Of a stretch of DNA of 32,000 bases, positions 18,086-29,727 are shown in pieces (within the stretch, counting starts at the first letter, position 1; each line of letters begins with the position of its first letter). A program made the position numbers and the translations under genes. Origin of the DNA: Mycolicibacterium smegmatis (GTDB taxonomy: Bacteria > Actinomycetota > Actinomycetes > Mycobacteriales > Mycobacteriaceae); the NCBI RefSeq assembly GCF_001457595.1, contig NZ_LN831039.1, positions 4,290,001 through 4,322,000 on the forward strand, read 5' to 3'. The notes beneath the pieces were generated by a model that was given only the letters and a program-made list of their open reading frames with translations, did not search any database and was not told the DNA's origin.

Positions 18086-19815
18086 CCGTAACGCTGACCT
18101 TCCAATGCGCGGGCCCGATGGCCCTGGCTTTGCTGGTCAGCACCATATCGGACCGCCGATCGGCGCGACGAACCCGGCTGTTGGGAGCGTCGCCGCGCGC
18201 CCGGGTCGGCCGTGCGGTGGCCGGCGCGGGTGGTCTTGCCCGCGGTCCGTGCGGTCTGCGCGCCGGTTCGTGAGTTGGCGCGCCCGGCGACCCGGCCGGC
18301 GGTGGCCCGGGTGCGTGACCTGCCGTCGGACTTGGGCTTGGCCTTGGCCTTGGCCTTGGCGGACCCGGGGTTGGGCTTGGGCTTGGTCGTGGCCTTACCG
18401 GACTTGGCCGATCTGGTCCCGGAGCCGGACGCCTTCTTCGCGCTCAGGCGCTCGCGCACGAGGTCCAGGCGCGGCGGCACGTACGGCTCGGGCAGCGGGA
18501 GGCGCAGCAGACGGTCCACCCGGTCGTCGCGGCCCGCGCGCAGCGCGGCCACGGCGTCCGGTTCGTGCCGGGCGGCGTTGGTGAGCAGACCCATCATCAG
18601 CAACGTGGTCGCCTGCGAGGATCCACCGGCAGAGATGAGCGGCAGCTGCAGGCCGGTGACGGGCAGCAGACCCACGACGTAGCCGACGTTGATGAACATC
18701 TGGCCGATGAGCCACAGCGTCGTGGTCGCCGACAGCAGGCGCAGGAACGGGTCGACCGAGCGCCGCGCGATCCGCATGCCGGTGTAGGCGAACAGCCCGA
18801 ACAGCGCCAGCAGGCCGATGGCGCCGATGAGGCCGAGCTCTTCGCCGATGATCGCGAAGATGAAGTCGTTGTGCGCGTTGGGCAGGTAGTTCCACTTGGC
18901 GGTGCCCTGGCCGAGGCCGTCGCCGAACACACCGCCGTTGGCCAGCGCGAACCGGGCCTGGCGGGCCTGATATCCGGAGCCCTGGGTGTCGGCGCCGGGG
19001 TTGAGCCAGGACTGCACGCGGTCGGAGCGGTAGCCCTCAGCGAACGCGAGCACGATGGCCGAGGCCACGACCGCGAACAGGGATGACACGAAGACCTTGA
19101 GCGGCAGGCCCGCGTACCAGAGCAGGCCGAGCAGGATGATGCCGAGCGAGACGGTCTGCCCGAGGTCGGGCTGCGCCACGATGAGCGCCAGCGCGATCAC
19201 GGCCGCGGGCACCAGCGGGATCAGCATCTCGCGCAGCGACGCGCGTTCCATGCGGCGCGCGGCGAGCAGGTGCGCGCCCCAGATCGCGAACGAGATCTTG
19301 GCCAGCTCCGAGGGCTGCATCGAGAAACCCGCGACGACGAACCAGCCGCGTGAGCCGTTGGCCACCTTGCCGATGCCCGGGATGAGCACGAGCACCAGCA
19401 GCACGATCGTGAACGCGAACCCGGGGAAGGCGAGCTTGCGCAGCGTGGCGACCCGGATGCGCAGCGCGAAGTAGAACGCGACGAGGCCGATCGCGGTCCA
19501 GAGCACCTGGCGCCCGAACACCGCCCACGGCGATCCGTCGGAATCGTAGGAATACACGCCCGACGCCGAGAGCACCATGATCAGGCCGAGCGTGGTGAGC
19601 AGGGCGGTGACCGCGATGATCAGGTGGAACGACGTCATCGGCCGGCCCAGCCACGTGCCGAACCGGGTGCGCGGGACCTTGGTCTCGGACCGGCCCGCCT
19701 CGGGTGTACCGGTCTTGGCGTCTTTCGAGGCGTCGTCAGGGACGTCTTTCGACGCGTCTTCGGGCGCGTCACCCGGGGCGCCGCCGCGGCGCAGCCGGGT
19801 GAGGATGCTGCCCAC
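18082..19815 (-). CDS. ftsW: SEDS-family peptidoglycan polymerase FtsW with long basic C-terminal tail
   Basis: 577 aa. The 10-TM SEDS core carries [19 protein letters not shown] and [17 protein letters not shown]. The ~150-aa C-terminal tail is rich in Lys/Arg/Ala/Thr. Confidence 0.94.
   Translation of the reverse strand: MGSILTRLRRGGAPGDAPEDASKDVPDDASKDAKTGTPEAGRSETKVPRTRFGTWLGRPMTSFHLIIAVTALLTTLGLIMVLSASGVYSYDSDGSPWAVFGRQVLWTAIGLVAFYFALRIRVATLRKLAFPGFAFTIVLLVLVLIPGIGKVANGSRGWFVVAGFSMQPSELAKISFAIWGAHLLAARRMERASLREMLIPLVPAAVIALALIVAQPDLGQTVSLGIILLGLLWYAGLPLKVFVSSLFAVVASAIVLAFAEGYRSDRVQSWLNPGADTQGSGYQARQARFALANGGVFGDGLGQGTAKWNYLPNAHNDFIFAIIGEELGLIGAIGLLALFGLFAYTGMRIARRSVDPFLRLLSATTTLWLIGQMFINVGYVVGLLPVTGLQLPLISAGGSSQATTLLMMGLLTNAARHEPDAVAALRAGRDDRVDRLLRLPLPEPYVPPRLDLVRERLSAKKASGSGTRSAKSGKATTKPKPNPGSAKAKAKAKPKSDGRSRTRATAGRVAGRANSRTGAQTARTAGKTTRAGHRTADPGARRRSQQPGSSRRSAVRYGADQQSQGHRARALEGQRYG
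18331..18360 (-). repeat. In-frame hexanucleotide tandem repeat (CTTGGS x5 on the plus strand, encoding [10 protein letters not shown]... within the FtsW tail)
   Basis: Read directly: CTTGGG CTTGGC CTTGGC CTTGGC CTTGGC. Degenerate copies continue to about 18410. Confidence 0.8.
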
Positions 19816-19819
19816 GGGC

Positions 19820-21301
19820 CTACCCGACCGCAGCGCGCACGGCCGCGGCGAAGGCGTCGCCGCGCTGGCCGTAGCCGCTGAACTGATCGAAGGAGGCGCC
19901 TGCGGGTGCCAGCAACACGGTGTCGCCGGGGGACGCGAGGTCCCTGGCGGCGGACACCACGGCTGACATGACCGCGTCGGAGACCGGGCGGTCCCCCACT
20001 TCGATCACACGAGTCACATGATCACCAACTGACTCAATTGACTCATTTGTCCCAAGCACCCCAGAATCCTCCCCCGCCACAAGCTCGACCACGGGGACAT
20101 CCGGGGCGTGTCGCGATAACGCGTCGGCAACCATCTGCCGATCACGCCCGATCAGCACCGCGCCCGCGAGCCGATTCGCCACCTGACGTACCAGCTCATC
20201 GACCGAGGCGCCCTTCAGCAAGCCACCGGCGACCCACACCACGCGGTCGTACGCGGTGATCGAGGCCTGCGCGGCGTGCGGGTTGGTGGCCTTGGAATCG
20301 TCGATGAACACCACACCGTCCACGGTGCCCACGACCTCGGCACGATGCCTGCCGACCTGGAACGATGCAAGCGCCGCGCCGATCGCCCCTGGTGCGACGC
20401 CCACGGCCCGGGCCAGTGCGGCCGCACCCAGCGCGTCGAGCACGCCGATCGGGCCCGCGACCCCGATGTCGGCACAATCAGCCAACTCGACACCGTCGTC
20501 GAACGCACGGTCGATCAGCTTGCCGTCACGCACCCCGAGTTCGCCGGCCGCCGGATCGCCCAGGCGAAAACCCACCCGCACCGTGGCCGCCGCGGTGGGC
20601 AGCAGGCCCGCGGCCACCGGGTCGTCGAGGCCCACCACCGCGACGCGACCGTCGAGCACCCTGGCCTTGTCGCGGGCGTAGGCGGCCATCGAACCGTGCC
20701 AGTCCAGATGGTCCTCGGCGACGTTGAGCACCACGCCCGCCTCGGGCCGCAGCGAGGGCGCCCAGTGCAGCTGGAAACTCGACAGCTCGACCGCCAGCAA
20801 CTCCGCCGGCTGGTCGAGCACCGCGAGCACCGGGTCACCGATGTTGCCGCACAACACACTTCGACGACCGCCCGCGACCAGCATGTCGTGCAGCATCGAC
20901 GTCGTCGTGGTCTTGCCGTTGGTGCCCGTGACCACCAGCCAACGCCGAGGCGGACCGTACCGGCCCGCGGCGTCGAGGCGCCACGCGAGCTCCACGTCAC
21001 CCCAGATCGGCACGCCCGCGGCCGCGGCGGCCGCCAGCACGGGTGCACTCGGCGCGAAGCCCGGGCTCGTGACCACCAGTGCGTAATCGCCGATCGAGGC
21101 GATCGCGTCACCGGGCGCGATGACCGCGACGCCCTTGGCGGCAAGGGCGGCCAGCGCGTCGGCGTTGTCGTCGCACAGGGTCGCGGCCACCTCGAGCGGA
21201 GCGAGCGCGCCCAGCACCGCGCGGCCGGTGATCCCGGCGCCGGTGACCAGCACCCGGGCGCCCGGCGTCAGCGGCGCGAGATCGCCGGTCACGTCAGGCA
21301 C
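19820..21301 (-). CDS. murD: UDP-N-acetylmuramoylalanine--D-glutamate ligase MurD
   Basis: 493 aa with the P-loop [14 protein letters not shown] and a Mur ligase fold. The GTG start overlaps the mraY end by 8 nt. Confidence 0.95.
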   Translation of the reverse strand: MPDVTGDLAPLTPGARVLVTGAGITGRAVLGALAPLEVAATLCDDNADALAALAAKGVAVIAPGDAIASIGDYALVVTSPGFAPSAPVLAAAAAAGVPIWGDVELAWRLDAAGRYGPPRRWLVVTGTNGKTTTTSMLHDMLVAGGRRSVLCGNIGDPVLAVLDQPAELLAVELSSFQLHWAPSLRPEAGVVLNVAEDHLDWHGSMAAYARDKARVLDGRVAVVGLDDPVAAGLLPTAAATVRVGFRLGDPAAGELGVRDGKLIDRAFDDGVELADCADIGVAGPIGVLDALGAAALARAVGVAPGAIGAALASFQVGRHRAEVVGTVDGVVFIDDSKATNPHAAQASITAYDRVVWVAGGLLKGASVDELVRQVANRLAGAVLIGRDRQMVADALSRHAPDVPVVELVAGEDSGVLGTNESIESVGDHVTRVIEVGDRPVSDAVMSAVVSAARDLASPGDTVLLAPAGASFDQFSGYGQRGDAFAAAVRAAVG

Positions 21302-22373
21302 CGACGGCCGTCAGCCACTCGCCGTAGAACAGGGCCACGCCCAGACCACACGCGATGGCCGTCAGCAGCCAGAACCGGATGATCACCTGCGTCTCGGCCC
21401 ATCCCACCAGCTCGAAGTGGTGGTGGAACGGGGCCATGCGGAACACGCGGCGCCCGGTCGTGCGGAACGCCAGGATCTGGACCACCACCGAGGTGACCTC
21501 TGCGACGAACAGCGCACCCAGCACGACCGCGAGGATCTCGGTGCGGCTGGTGACCGAGATGCCCGCGATGATGCCGCCGAGCGCGAGCGATCCGGTGTCG
21601 CCCATGAAGATCTTGGCCGGCGCGGCGTTCCACCACAGGAAGCCCACGCACGCTCCTGCCGTCGCGGCAGCGACAAGTGCGAGGTCCAGCGGGTCGCGCA
21701 CGTTGTAACAGCCCAGGCCCGGCGCCGTCGCGCACGCGTTGCGGTACTGCCAGAACGTGATCAGCACGTATGCCGCCGTGACCATCGCCATCGCGCCCGC
21801 CGCGAGCCCGTCGAGACCGTCGGTGAAATTCACCGCGTTGGACCAGGCGCTGACCACCACGACGCAGAACAGCACGAACAAGGCCGGGGCCAGCGTGACC
21901 GTGGCGATCTCACGCACATAGGACAGCTCGGCGCTGCCCGGTGTCAGGCCGTCGCCGTTGCGGAACTGCAACGCCAGCACACCGAACAGCACCGCGGCGA
22001 ACAACTGCCCGACCGTCTTGGCGGTCTTGTTCAGCCCCAGGTTGCGGGCGCGCTTGAGCTTGATCATGTCGTCGATGAAGCCGACGCCACCGAGCACGGT
22101 CGCCAGCCCGAGCACCAGCAGGCCCGACGCGGACGGCCCGTCGCCGCCCATCGCCATGCCGACCAGATGGCTGCCCAGGTAGCCGGCCCAGATGCCGGCG
22201 AGGATCGCGACGCCGCCCATCGACGGTGTGCCGCGTTTCTTGGCGTGGCTGGGCGGCCCGTCCTCCCGGATCTCGTGGCCCAGGCCCTGTTTGGTGAACA
22301 GCCGGATCAGGGCGGGCGTCAGCAGGATGGAGACCGCAAGCGCGATGCCGACGGCGATGAGGATCAGCATCAT
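21294..22373 (-). CDS. mraY: Phospho-N-acetylmuramoyl-pentapeptide transferase MraY
   Basis: 359 aa with [32 protein letters not shown] and the HHHFE motif. Confidence 0.97.
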   Translation of the reverse strand: MMLILIAVGIALAVSILLTPALIRLFTKQGLGHEIREDGPPSHAKKRGTPSMGGVAILAGIWAGYLGSHLVGMAMGGDGPSASGLLVLGLATVLGGVGFIDDMIKLKRARNLGLNKTAKTVGQLFAAVLFGVLALQFRNGDGLTPGSAELSYVREIATVTLAPALFVLFCVVVVSAWSNAVNFTDGLDGLAAGAMAMVTAAYVLITFWQYRNACATAPGLGCYNVRDPLDLALVAAATAGACVGFLWWNAAPAKIFMGDTGSLALGGIIAGISVTSRTEILAVVLGALFVAEVTSVVVQILAFRTTGRRVFRMAPFHHHFELVGWAETQVIIRFWLLTAIACGLGVALFYGEWLTAVGA

Positions 22374-23899
22374 CGCGCCGGGGTCCGTCCCTCGGTGTGC
22401 CCCTCACCGGCCACCAGGGCCTCGGCCAGGGCACCCAGGCCAACGGAGTTGGACGCCTTCACCAACACCACGTCCCCCGGCTGCAGCTCATCCCGTAGCA
22501 CGGTCAACGCGGCGTCGGCGTCGGCGACCATGGTGGACTCCGAACCCCAGGATCCCTCCATCACCGCGCCATGGTGCATGGCATTCATAGCCCTCCCGGA
22601 TCCCACGACGAGTAATCGAGAGACATCTAAGCGCACGGCGAATCGACCGATCGCGTCGTGCTCGGTTATGGCGTCGTCGCCGAGTTCGGCCATCTCGCCG
22701 AGCACGGCCCAACTGCGCCGCTTGCCGCCGGGTTGTCCGCCGGCCGTCTGCCTGGCCATCCAGGCGAGAGCCTTGAGCCCGGCCCGCATGGAATCCGGGT
22801 TCGCGTTGTAGGCGTCGTTGATCACCGTGACACCGTCGGCGCGCGTGCTGACCTGCATGCGGTGCCGCGACGCGGGTCCCGCCGCGGCGAGCGCGTCGGC
22901 CACCTGCTGCGGTGTCGCGCCGCACTCGAGCGCGACGGCGGCCGCGCACAGCGCATTGGACACCTGGTGGTCGCCGTGCACCGCGAGGTTCACGTCGACC
23001 TCGCCGTCGCGCGTGTGCAGCGTGAAGCGCGGCCGCGCGAGTTCGTCGAGCGTGACCGGACCCGCCCACACGTCGATGTCCGAGCCCGGGTCCCGCGAGA
23101 TCCGCACCACCCGTGCGTCGGTCTGCTCGGCCATCGCGGCCACCGCGATGTCGTCGGCGTTGAGGATCACCACACCCGAGGGCCCGACGGCCTGCGGGAG
23201 TTCGGCCTTGGTCTTGGCGATCGCCTCGCGTGAGCCGAACTCGCCGAGGTGCGCGGTGCCGACGTTGAGCACCACCGCGACCGACGGCGGCGCGATCGCG
23301 GCCAGTGCGGCGATGTTGCCGGGGTGTCGGGCCGACATCTCCAACACCAGGAAATCGGTATCGCGCGTCGCGCGCAGCACGGTCCACGGATGGCCCAGTT
23401 CGTTGTTGAACGATCCCGGTGGTGCGACCACCTCTCCGAGCGGGGCCAGGACCGCCGCGAGCAGATCCTTGGTGGACGTCTTGCCCGATGACCCCGTGAC
23501 GCCGATGATCTTGAGCCCGTCGGCGGCGAGTTCGTTCGCGACGGCCGCGGCGAGTCGCGCGAGCGCCGCCAGCACGGCGGCCCCGGAACCGTCCGTGTCG
23601 TGTTCGAGCGCGCCCGAGGCCGAGTCGACCCCGCCGTCGGGGCGCACGACGATCGCGGGCACGCCCACGGGCCGCGCGGCCAGCACCGCGACCGCGCCCG
23701 ACTGTACGGCGGCCGCGGCGAAGTCGTGTCCGTCCGACCGTGCGCCCGGCAGCGCCAGGAACAACCCGCCGGGTCCGACCGCGCGCGAGTCGAATTCGAC
23801 CGTGCCGGTCACGTGGGTCGCGGCCGCCTGCTCGGGGGTGATGTCGGCCAGTTCACCGCCGACGATCTCGGCGATGCGCGCGATGGTCATGTCGATCAT
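22370..23899 (-). CDS. murF: UDP-N-acetylmuramoyl-tripeptide--D-alanyl-D-alanine ligase MurF
   Basis: 509 aa with the P-loop [14 protein letters not shown] and a Mur ligase middle and C-terminal domain ([11 protein letters not shown]). Confidence 0.95.
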   Translation of the reverse strand: MIDMTIARIAEIVGGELADITPEQAAATHVTGTVEFDSRAVGPGGLFLALPGARSDGHDFAAAAVQSGAVAVLAARPVGVPAIVVRPDGGVDSASGALEHDTDGSGAAVLAALARLAAAVANELAADGLKIIGVTGSSGKTSTKDLLAAVLAPLGEVVAPPGSFNNELGHPWTVLRATRDTDFLVLEMSARHPGNIAALAAIAPPSVAVVLNVGTAHLGEFGSREAIAKTKAELPQAVGPSGVVILNADDIAVAAMAEQTDARVVRISRDPGSDIDVWAGPVTLDELARPRFTLHTRDGEVDVNLAVHGDHQVSNALCAAAVALECGATPQQVADALAAAGPASRHRMQVSTRADGVTVINDAYNANPDSMRAGLKALAWMARQTAGGQPGGKRRSWAVLGEMAELGDDAITEHDAIGRFAVRLDVSRLLVVGSGRAMNAMHHGAVMEGSWGSESTMVADADAALTVLRDELQPGDVVLVKASNSVGLGALAEALVAGEGHTEGRTPAR

Positions 23900-25458
23900 G
23901 AACTTCGGTCCCTTGTTTTCCCCGAGGCTTCCAGTGCGGCGGCCAGTTCGTCCCGGTCGTCGAACGGCCGCGTGTGGTCCCCGACGGTCTGCCCGCTCTC
24001 ATGGCCTTTACCCGCGATCAGCACGATGTCACCCGGCTGCGCCCACGCCACCGCGTGGTCGATGGCCGCGCGCCGGTCACCGATCTCGACGATCTCGGCG
24101 TCCGACGCGACCGCGCGGGCGCCCGCGAGGATCGCCGACCGGATCGTGGCGGGGTCCTCGCTGCGCGGGTTGTCGTCGGTGACCACCACCAGGTCGGCCA
24201 GTTCCGCGGTGACGCGGCCCATCGGTTCGCGCTTGCCGGGATCGCGGTCGCCGCCCGCGCCGAAGACCACCGCGATGCGACGCGGTTCGGCCGCGCGCAG
24301 CGTCTCGAGCACAGCCTGCAGCGCGCCGGGTTTGTGCGCGTAGTCGACGAGGGCCAGGAAATCCTGGCCGAGGTCGATCGATTCCAGCCGTCCTGGCACC
24401 GTCGCGGTCCGCAGACCCGGGGCGGCCTGCTCGGGCGACACCCCGACCGCGTCGAGCAGTGCGACGGCCAGCGCGGCGTTGGCGACGTTGTAGCGGCCGG
24501 GCAACCCGACGCCCAGTTGGTGGTGCATGCCGCCGGGGTCGACGAGGACGAACTCCTGTGCGCCCGGGCCCGCCGTGGTGATCTTCTCGACGCGCCAATC
24601 GGCGGCGGCGCCCGAGGTGCTCACGGTCAGGGGTGTCTCGGCGCGCGCGGCCATCTGCACGCCGTACTGGTCGTCGACGCAGATCACCGCGGCCGCAGCA
24701 TGGTTGGGCGACTGCGGGTCGAACAGCCGGGCCTTGGCCTCGAAGTAGTCCGCCATCGTCGGATGGAAGTCGAGATGGTCACGCGAGAGGTTGGTGAAGC
24801 CCCCGACCGCGAAGCCGATGCCGTCGACGCGGCCCTGCGCCAGCGCGTGGCTCGACACCTCCATGACGACGGTGTCGACACCGCGCTCGACCATGAGCGC
24901 CAGCAGCGCCTGAAGTGCGGGCGCCTCCGGGGTGGTCAGCGCGCTGGGCAGATCGGTGCCGTCGATGCGCACGCCGACGGTGCCGATGAGCCCCGCGACG
25001 CGTCCCGCGGCCCGCAGGCCGGCCTCGGCCAGGTAGGTGGTGGTGGTCTTGCCGGACGTTCCCGTGACGCCGACCACGCGCAGTCGTTCGGCGGGACGGC
25101 CGTAGACGATCGCGGCGGCCTCGCCGAGCACCGAGCGCGGCGCGGGATGCACCAGCACGGGGACGTCCAGGGTGCCCGCGAGGAGGTCTGCGCCCGACGG
25201 GTCGGTGAGCACGGCGACCGCACCCGCGGCGACCGCGTCGGCCGCGAAACGCGCGCCGTGTGCACTCGCGCCCGGCAGCGCCGCGAACAGATCACCCGGC
25301 TGCGCGTCCTGACCGCGCAGCGTCACGCCGGTGACGTGCACCGCGGCGAGGTCGGACGACGAGCCTGCAGGGTTCTCGGAGGCGACCGCTCCGACCGCGG
25401 CAGCCAGTGGTGCGAGGTGATGGCCGACGGGACGGCTGGGACGCAGCTTCATGGCCAT
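23896..25458 (-). CDS. murE: UDP-N-acetylmuramoyl-L-alanyl-D-glutamate--2,6-diaminopimelate ligase MurE
   Basis: 520 aa with the P-loop [14 protein letters not shown] and the meso-DAP-specifying motif DDNPRSEDP. Confidence 0.95.
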   Translation of the reverse strand: MAMKLRPSRPVGHHLAPLAAAVGAVASENPAGSSSDLAAVHVTGVTLRGQDAQPGDLFAALPGASAHGARFAADAVAAGAVAVLTDPSGADLLAGTLDVPVLVHPAPRSVLGEAAAIVYGRPAERLRVVGVTGTSGKTTTTYLAEAGLRAAGRVAGLIGTVGVRIDGTDLPSALTTPEAPALQALLALMVERGVDTVVMEVSSHALAQGRVDGIGFAVGGFTNLSRDHLDFHPTMADYFEAKARLFDPQSPNHAAAAVICVDDQYGVQMAARAETPLTVSTSGAAADWRVEKITTAGPGAQEFVLVDPGGMHHQLGVGLPGRYNVANAALAVALLDAVGVSPEQAAPGLRTATVPGRLESIDLGQDFLALVDYAHKPGALQAVLETLRAAEPRRIAVVFGAGGDRDPGKREPMGRVTAELADLVVVTDDNPRSEDPATIRSAILAGARAVASDAEIVEIGDRRAAIDHAVAWAQPGDIVLIAGKGHESGQTVGDHTRPFDDRDELAAALEASGKTRDRSS

Positions 25459-25504
25459 GCAACAGTACCCATCGGCGATCTCGGACGCCCCGAGGCAGGT
25501 GCGG

Positions 25505-27451
25505 TCAGGTGGCCTGCAATGTCAACGGCGGACCGGGATCAGGCGAGAGCGGAACGTTGTGCCGCTGCAACAGCCACGACGCGATCTCGTGGAACAACGG
25601 CGCCGCCGAGGAGCCCGGCGATCCGTCGGCCGCGCGCTGCGGCGCGTCCATCATGATGCCGATCACGTACCTCGGATCGTCCGCGGGCGCGATACCCGCG
25701 AACGTGATCCAGTAGACGTCGTCGTAGTAGCAGCCGCACGCGGGGTTGATCTGCTGCGCGGTGCCGGTCTTGCCTGCGATCTGGTAGCCCTCGACCGCGG
25801 CCTGCGGACCGGTGCCCTGCTGCACACCCATCGGATCGCGCTGCACCACCGAACGGAACATCGAGCGCAGGGTGCGGGCGGTCTCCGGGCTGATCACCCG
25901 GATGCCTTCCGGCCGTTCCTCTTCGGTGACCGTGCCGTCAGGCGCGATGGTGGACTTGATGATCCGCGGCGGCACGCGCACGCCGTCGTTGGCGACGGTC
26001 TGGTACATCGCGGCCATCTGCAGCAGCGTCATCGAAAGCCCCTGCCCGATGGGCAGGTTGGAGAACGAGCTGCCCGACCACTGGTCGATCGGCGGCAGCA
26101 GTCCGGAGCTCTCGCCGGGCAGGCCGACGTTGGTACGCTGACCCAGCCCGAACTTGCGCAGCATCTCGTAGAACCGCTCGGGGCCGACGCGCTGCGCGAG
26201 CATGAGCGTGCCGACGTTGGACGACTTCCCGAAGACACCCGTGGTGGTGTACGGCATCACGCCGTGGTTCCACGCGTCGCGCACGGTGACACCGCCCATG
26301 TGGATCGAGCCGGGGACCTGCAGCACCTCGTCGGGGTTGGTCAGCCCGTTCTCGATCGCCGCCGCGGCGGTAACGATCTTGTTCACCGATCCGGGTTCGA
26401 ACGGCGAGGACACCGACGGATTGCCCATCTGCCGGTCGGCCTGGCGGCCGATGTCCTGACTCGGGTCGAACGTGTTGTCGTTCGACATCGCCAGCACCTC
26501 ACCGGTTTTGGCGTCGAGCACCACGGCCGAGACGTTCTTGGCGCCGGACGCATCCTTCGCCATCTGGACCTGCTGCTGCACGTGGTACTGGATGTCGTCG
26601 TCGATGGTCAGCTGGACCGTCGAGCCGTCGACCGCGTCGTGGCGGTTGCGGTAACTGCCGGGGATCACGACACCATCGGACCCGCGGTCGTAGGTCACCG
26701 AACCGTCGGTGCCCGCGAGCACGGCATCCAGCGAGTCCTCCAGGCCCAGCAGGCCGTGGCCGTCCCAGTCGATGCCGCCGATGATGTTGGCCGCGAGCGA
26801 TCCGCCCGGGTACTGGCGCAGATCCTGTCGCTCCGAACCGACTTCGGGGAACTTGTCGGTGATCGCGTTGGCGATCGCGGGGTCGACCGCACGCGCGAGG
26901 TAGACGAAGGTCTCGTTGCTCTTGAGCTTCTTGAGCACGGTCTTGGCGTCCGGCGTGTTGTTCAGCCGTGCGGCAATCTCTTTGGCGATCTCGTTGAGCC
27001 GCTCGTCGGGGTTCGGCACGTCATCTGAGGTCGACGAGCCGGCCTCCTGGGCCTTGCGCCAGGCCTCGTCGAGCTGCTTGCGCACCCGGGTCGGCTGGAA
27101 CGTCAGCGCCCTGGCCTCGATGGTGAACGCCAGCTTGTCGTTGTTGCGATCGATGATGCTGCCGCGGATTGCCGGCGTGATGTCGGTGACCTTGAGCTGG
27201 CTGGCCGCCTCGGCGCGCAGACCGGCCGCACGCGGCACCTGCAGCATGAACAACTGCACGGCGGCGATCACCAGCACCGCGAGGATCGCGAGGTTTCCGG
27301 TGCGGTGCCGGAACACGAAAGACGAACTGCGCAAACCGGCTTCGGCCTCGGACACGCGGGTACGCCGGGTCCGCGCCGACCGCGGCTGGTCCACCCGCGC
27401 CTTCTTGCGCGGTTGTGCAGGCGTCCGCGGACGGTCGCCCCGCCGGCTCAT
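25505..27451 (-). CDS. ftsI: Class B penicillin-binding protein, division transpeptidase FtsI/PbpB
   Basis: 648 aa: a basic N-terminal tail, one TM helix, and the transpeptidase motifs SVNK (SxxK), SSN (SxN) and KTGT. The ATG overlaps the upstream gene's stop as ATGA. Confidence 0.95.
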   Translation of the reverse strand: MSRRGDRPRTPAQPRKKARVDQPRSARTRRTRVSEAEAGLRSSSFVFRHRTGNLAILAVLVIAAVQLFMLQVPRAAGLRAEAASQLKVTDITPAIRGSIIDRNNDKLAFTIEARALTFQPTRVRKQLDEAWRKAQEAGSSTSDDVPNPDERLNEIAKEIAARLNNTPDAKTVLKKLKSNETFVYLARAVDPAIANAITDKFPEVGSERQDLRQYPGGSLAANIIGGIDWDGHGLLGLEDSLDAVLAGTDGSVTYDRGSDGVVIPGSYRNRHDAVDGSTVQLTIDDDIQYHVQQQVQMAKDASGAKNVSAVVLDAKTGEVLAMSNDNTFDPSQDIGRQADRQMGNPSVSSPFEPGSVNKIVTAAAAIENGLTNPDEVLQVPGSIHMGGVTVRDAWNHGVMPYTTTGVFGKSSNVGTLMLAQRVGPERFYEMLRKFGLGQRTNVGLPGESSGLLPPIDQWSGSSFSNLPIGQGLSMTLLQMAAMYQTVANDGVRVPPRIIKSTIAPDGTVTEEERPEGIRVISPETARTLRSMFRSVVQRDPMGVQQGTGPQAAVEGYQIAGKTGTAQQINPACGCYYDDVYWITFAGIAPADDPRYVIGIMMDAPQRAADGSPGSSAAPLFHEIASWLLQRHNVPLSPDPGPPLTLQAT

Positions 27452-28590
27452 GCGACCGGGGCGACGGCCGGGCTGAAGTGCTCGACAGCCGTCGCAGGGT
27501 CGGGAACAGCGGGCTGGGCTCCCGGCAGGGCACCGAGCGGCGCACCTTGCGGCACGGCGCCGGGCAGCGGGGCGGGTGCCGGAACCTGCTGGGGTGCAGG
27601 AGTGTTCACCAGCGGCGCGGCCTGCTGGGGCGCCTGTGGCGTCGCCAACGGCACCTCGGCCGGTACCGGCATGGGCACCGCCATCGGCGCGGGCCCGGTC
27701 AGCGGGCCGATCACGGGTCCGGGGGCCTGGGGTTGCGCACCCGGCGCGACGTGCGGGGTCTCCCCCGGCACCGCGCCGGGAACACCCTGCACCGCTCCGG
27801 GGATCCCCGGAGCGGCCTGGATACCCGGCAGCCCCTGGAGGCCGGGGGCTTCGGGAACCCGAATCGGCACCTCACGAGGTTCGACGACGCGCGGCGCCGG
27901 CGGGGCGGGCGGCGGCGGTGGGGCGTCCGGGGGCAGCGGCGCGTTCAGCGGCGGTGGCGGAACACCTTCTGCGGGTTTGGGTGTGCCGACCACCACCCAG
28001 TTGCCCGTGGGATCCTGCACCAGGTGCGCGGTGTCACGTGACGGGATCATGCCCAGGTTGCGGGCCGCCTCGGCCAGCGCGGGGGCGGCCTGCGCCTCGA
28101 GCACGTCGCGCTCGAGGGCCTCTTTCTGTTGCAGCAGGCCCTGATTCACCTGGCGCGCGTGCCCCAGTTGGTACGAACGCTCGGCGGCACTGGTCGACAA
28201 CCACAGTGTGATGCCGAGTCCGAGGCCCAGGGCGGCGATCACGAGCACCACGAACGGGACGCGCGCGACGAGCTCGCGCGGATTCAGTTCGATCGACGAC
28301 AGCCGCAGCAGGATGCGTTCACGCAGCGGCGGCCGGACAACCTTGGGCGCCTTGGCCTTACGGGCCTTCGCACGTGCCTTGGCCTGGCTTGCGGTCTTGG
28401 GCCGCGCGGGCTCGGTCTTCTGCCGCGGGATCGGCCCGGTCTGCGGCGCCGAGCGCAGCGGGCGCTGCGGTTCCCGGCTCGGCCTGCGCTTGCGCGGCGG
28501 CGCCTCGGCACTCCCCCGCGCGACCCCCGGCTGACGCTTACCGCGCCTGCGGTCGGCGTCACGGACCGGTCCTGGTCGCTTCGCCTTCAT
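27448..28590 (-). CDS. ftsL: FtsL-like bitopic division protein with basic N-terminal tail and proline-rich C-terminal domain (Rv2164c-like)
   Basis: 380 aa at the canonical ftsL position between rsmH and ftsI. It has a Lys/Arg/Pro-rich N-terminal ~100 aa, one TM helix (VPFVVLVIAALGLGLGITLWL), then a short coiled coil (YQLGHARQVNQGLLQQKEALERDVLEAQ). The final ~190 aa are Pro/Ala/Gly/Val-rich. Confidence 0.8.
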   Translation of the reverse strand: MKAKRPGPVRDADRRRGKRQPGVARGSAEAPPRKRRPSREPQRPLRSAPQTGPIPRQKTEPARPKTASQAKARAKARKAKAPKVVRPPLRERILLRLSSIELNPRELVARVPFVVLVIAALGLGLGITLWLSTSAAERSYQLGHARQVNQGLLQQKEALERDVLEAQAAPALAEAARNLGMIPSRDTAHLVQDPTGNWVVVGTPKPAEGVPPPPLNAPLPPDAPPPPPAPPAPRVVEPREVPIRVPEAPGLQGLPGIQAAPGIPGAVQGVPGAVPGETPHVAPGAQPQAPGPVIGPLTGPAPMAVPMPVPAEVPLATPQAPQQAAPLVNTPAPQQVPAPAPLPGAVPQGAPLGALPGAQPAVPDPATAVEHFSPAVAPVA

Positions 28591-29570
28591 CAGCTGCCCC
28601 TTCCCCCAACCTTTTCAAGTGCTCGCAGTCGCACCGGGGCGCTACGTGGATTTCGCTCGATCTCTTGTTCGTCGGCGCGCTCGGCGCCGCGGGTGACGGC
28701 CACGAATTCCGGTTCGTGGCCCGGTAGTTCCATGGGCAGGCCGGGCGGCGTCCGTGACGCGGTGACCGTGCTGAAGGCCTGCTTGACGATGCGGTCCTCC
28801 AGCGACTGGTAGGCCATCACCACGATCCGGCCACCGGGACGCAACGCCGCCAGCGCGGCAGGTATGGCCGCGCGCAGCGAATCGAGTTCGGCGTTCACCG
28901 CTATCCGCAGGGCCTGGAAGGTGCGCTTGGCCGGATGGCCGCCGGTGCGCCGCGCGGGAGCGGGGATCGCCTCGTACAACAACTCGACGAGTTCGGAGGT
29001 CGTGGTGAACGGCTGCTTGGCACGTCGGCGCACGATCTTGTCGGCGATGCGGCCGGCGAACCGTTCCTCGCCGTAGTCGCGCAGGATTCGGGTGAGCGTC
29101 TTCGCGTCGTAGGTGTTGACGATCTCGGCGGCGGTGAGCAGCGCGTCGGGGTCCATCCGCATGTCCAGCGGTGCGTCCGCGGAGTACGAGAAGCCCCGCT
29201 GTTTCTGGTCGAGCTGCATCGACGACACGCCGAGGTCGAACAACACGCCGTCGATCCGGCGGACACCGGCTTCGGCGAGGGCGGACGTGATGCCGTCGTA
29301 GCGCGTGCGGACCAGCGTCACCCGGTCGCCGAACGGAGCGAGCCGGTCACCGGCGATCGCCAGCGCATTGGGGTCCCGGTCGAGTCCGATGAGGCGCAGC
29401 GCCGGGAAGTCGGTGAGGAACCGCTCCGAGTGACCGCCGGCTCCGAGGGTCGCGTCGACGAGCACCGCTTCGGTGCCGTCGGGATCGGTACGCGTCAGGG
29501 CAGGGGCGAGCAGTTCGACGCAACGGTCCAAGAGAACCGGGATATGTCCGTGATCCGGATCGTTCGTCAC
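28590..29570 (-). CDS. rsmH: 16S rRNA (cytosine1402-N4)-methyltransferase RsmH (MraW)
   Basis: Motifs [24 protein letters not shown] and [10 protein letters not shown]. The preferred start is GTG 29570-29568, with GGAGG 8 nt upstream, giving 326 aa. The track's ATG at 29753 would overlap mraZ by 26 nt, and that 61-codon extension has only about 67% G/C at third positions. Confidence 0.88.
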   Translation of the reverse strand: MTNDPDHGHIPVLLDRCVELLAPALTRTDPDGTEAVLVDATLGAGGHSERFLTDFPALRLIGLDRDPNALAIAGDRLAPFGDRVTLVRTRYDGITSALAEAGVRRIDGVLFDLGVSSMQLDQKQRGFSYSADAPLDMRMDPDALLTAAEIVNTYDAKTLTRILRDYGEERFAGRIADKIVRRRAKQPFTTTSELVELLYEAIPAPARRTGGHPAKRTFQALRIAVNAELDSLRAAIPAALAALRPGGRIVVMAYQSLEDRIVKQAFSTVTASRTPPGLPMELPGHEPEFVAVTRGAERADEQEIERNPRSAPVRLRALEKVGGRGS

Positions 29571-29727
29571 TGAACACACCTCCGCAACGTCTCCGCACTG
29601 GACCGCCCCTGCACCGGGGTCTCTGTCCGAATCAACGGACCTGGCGTTGGGGAAGTACGCCAGGGCCAATTCGGGCAGAGGCCGCGTTGCACGGGCTAGG
29701 TCCAGGCCCACCTGGTGAAAGGTCGCA

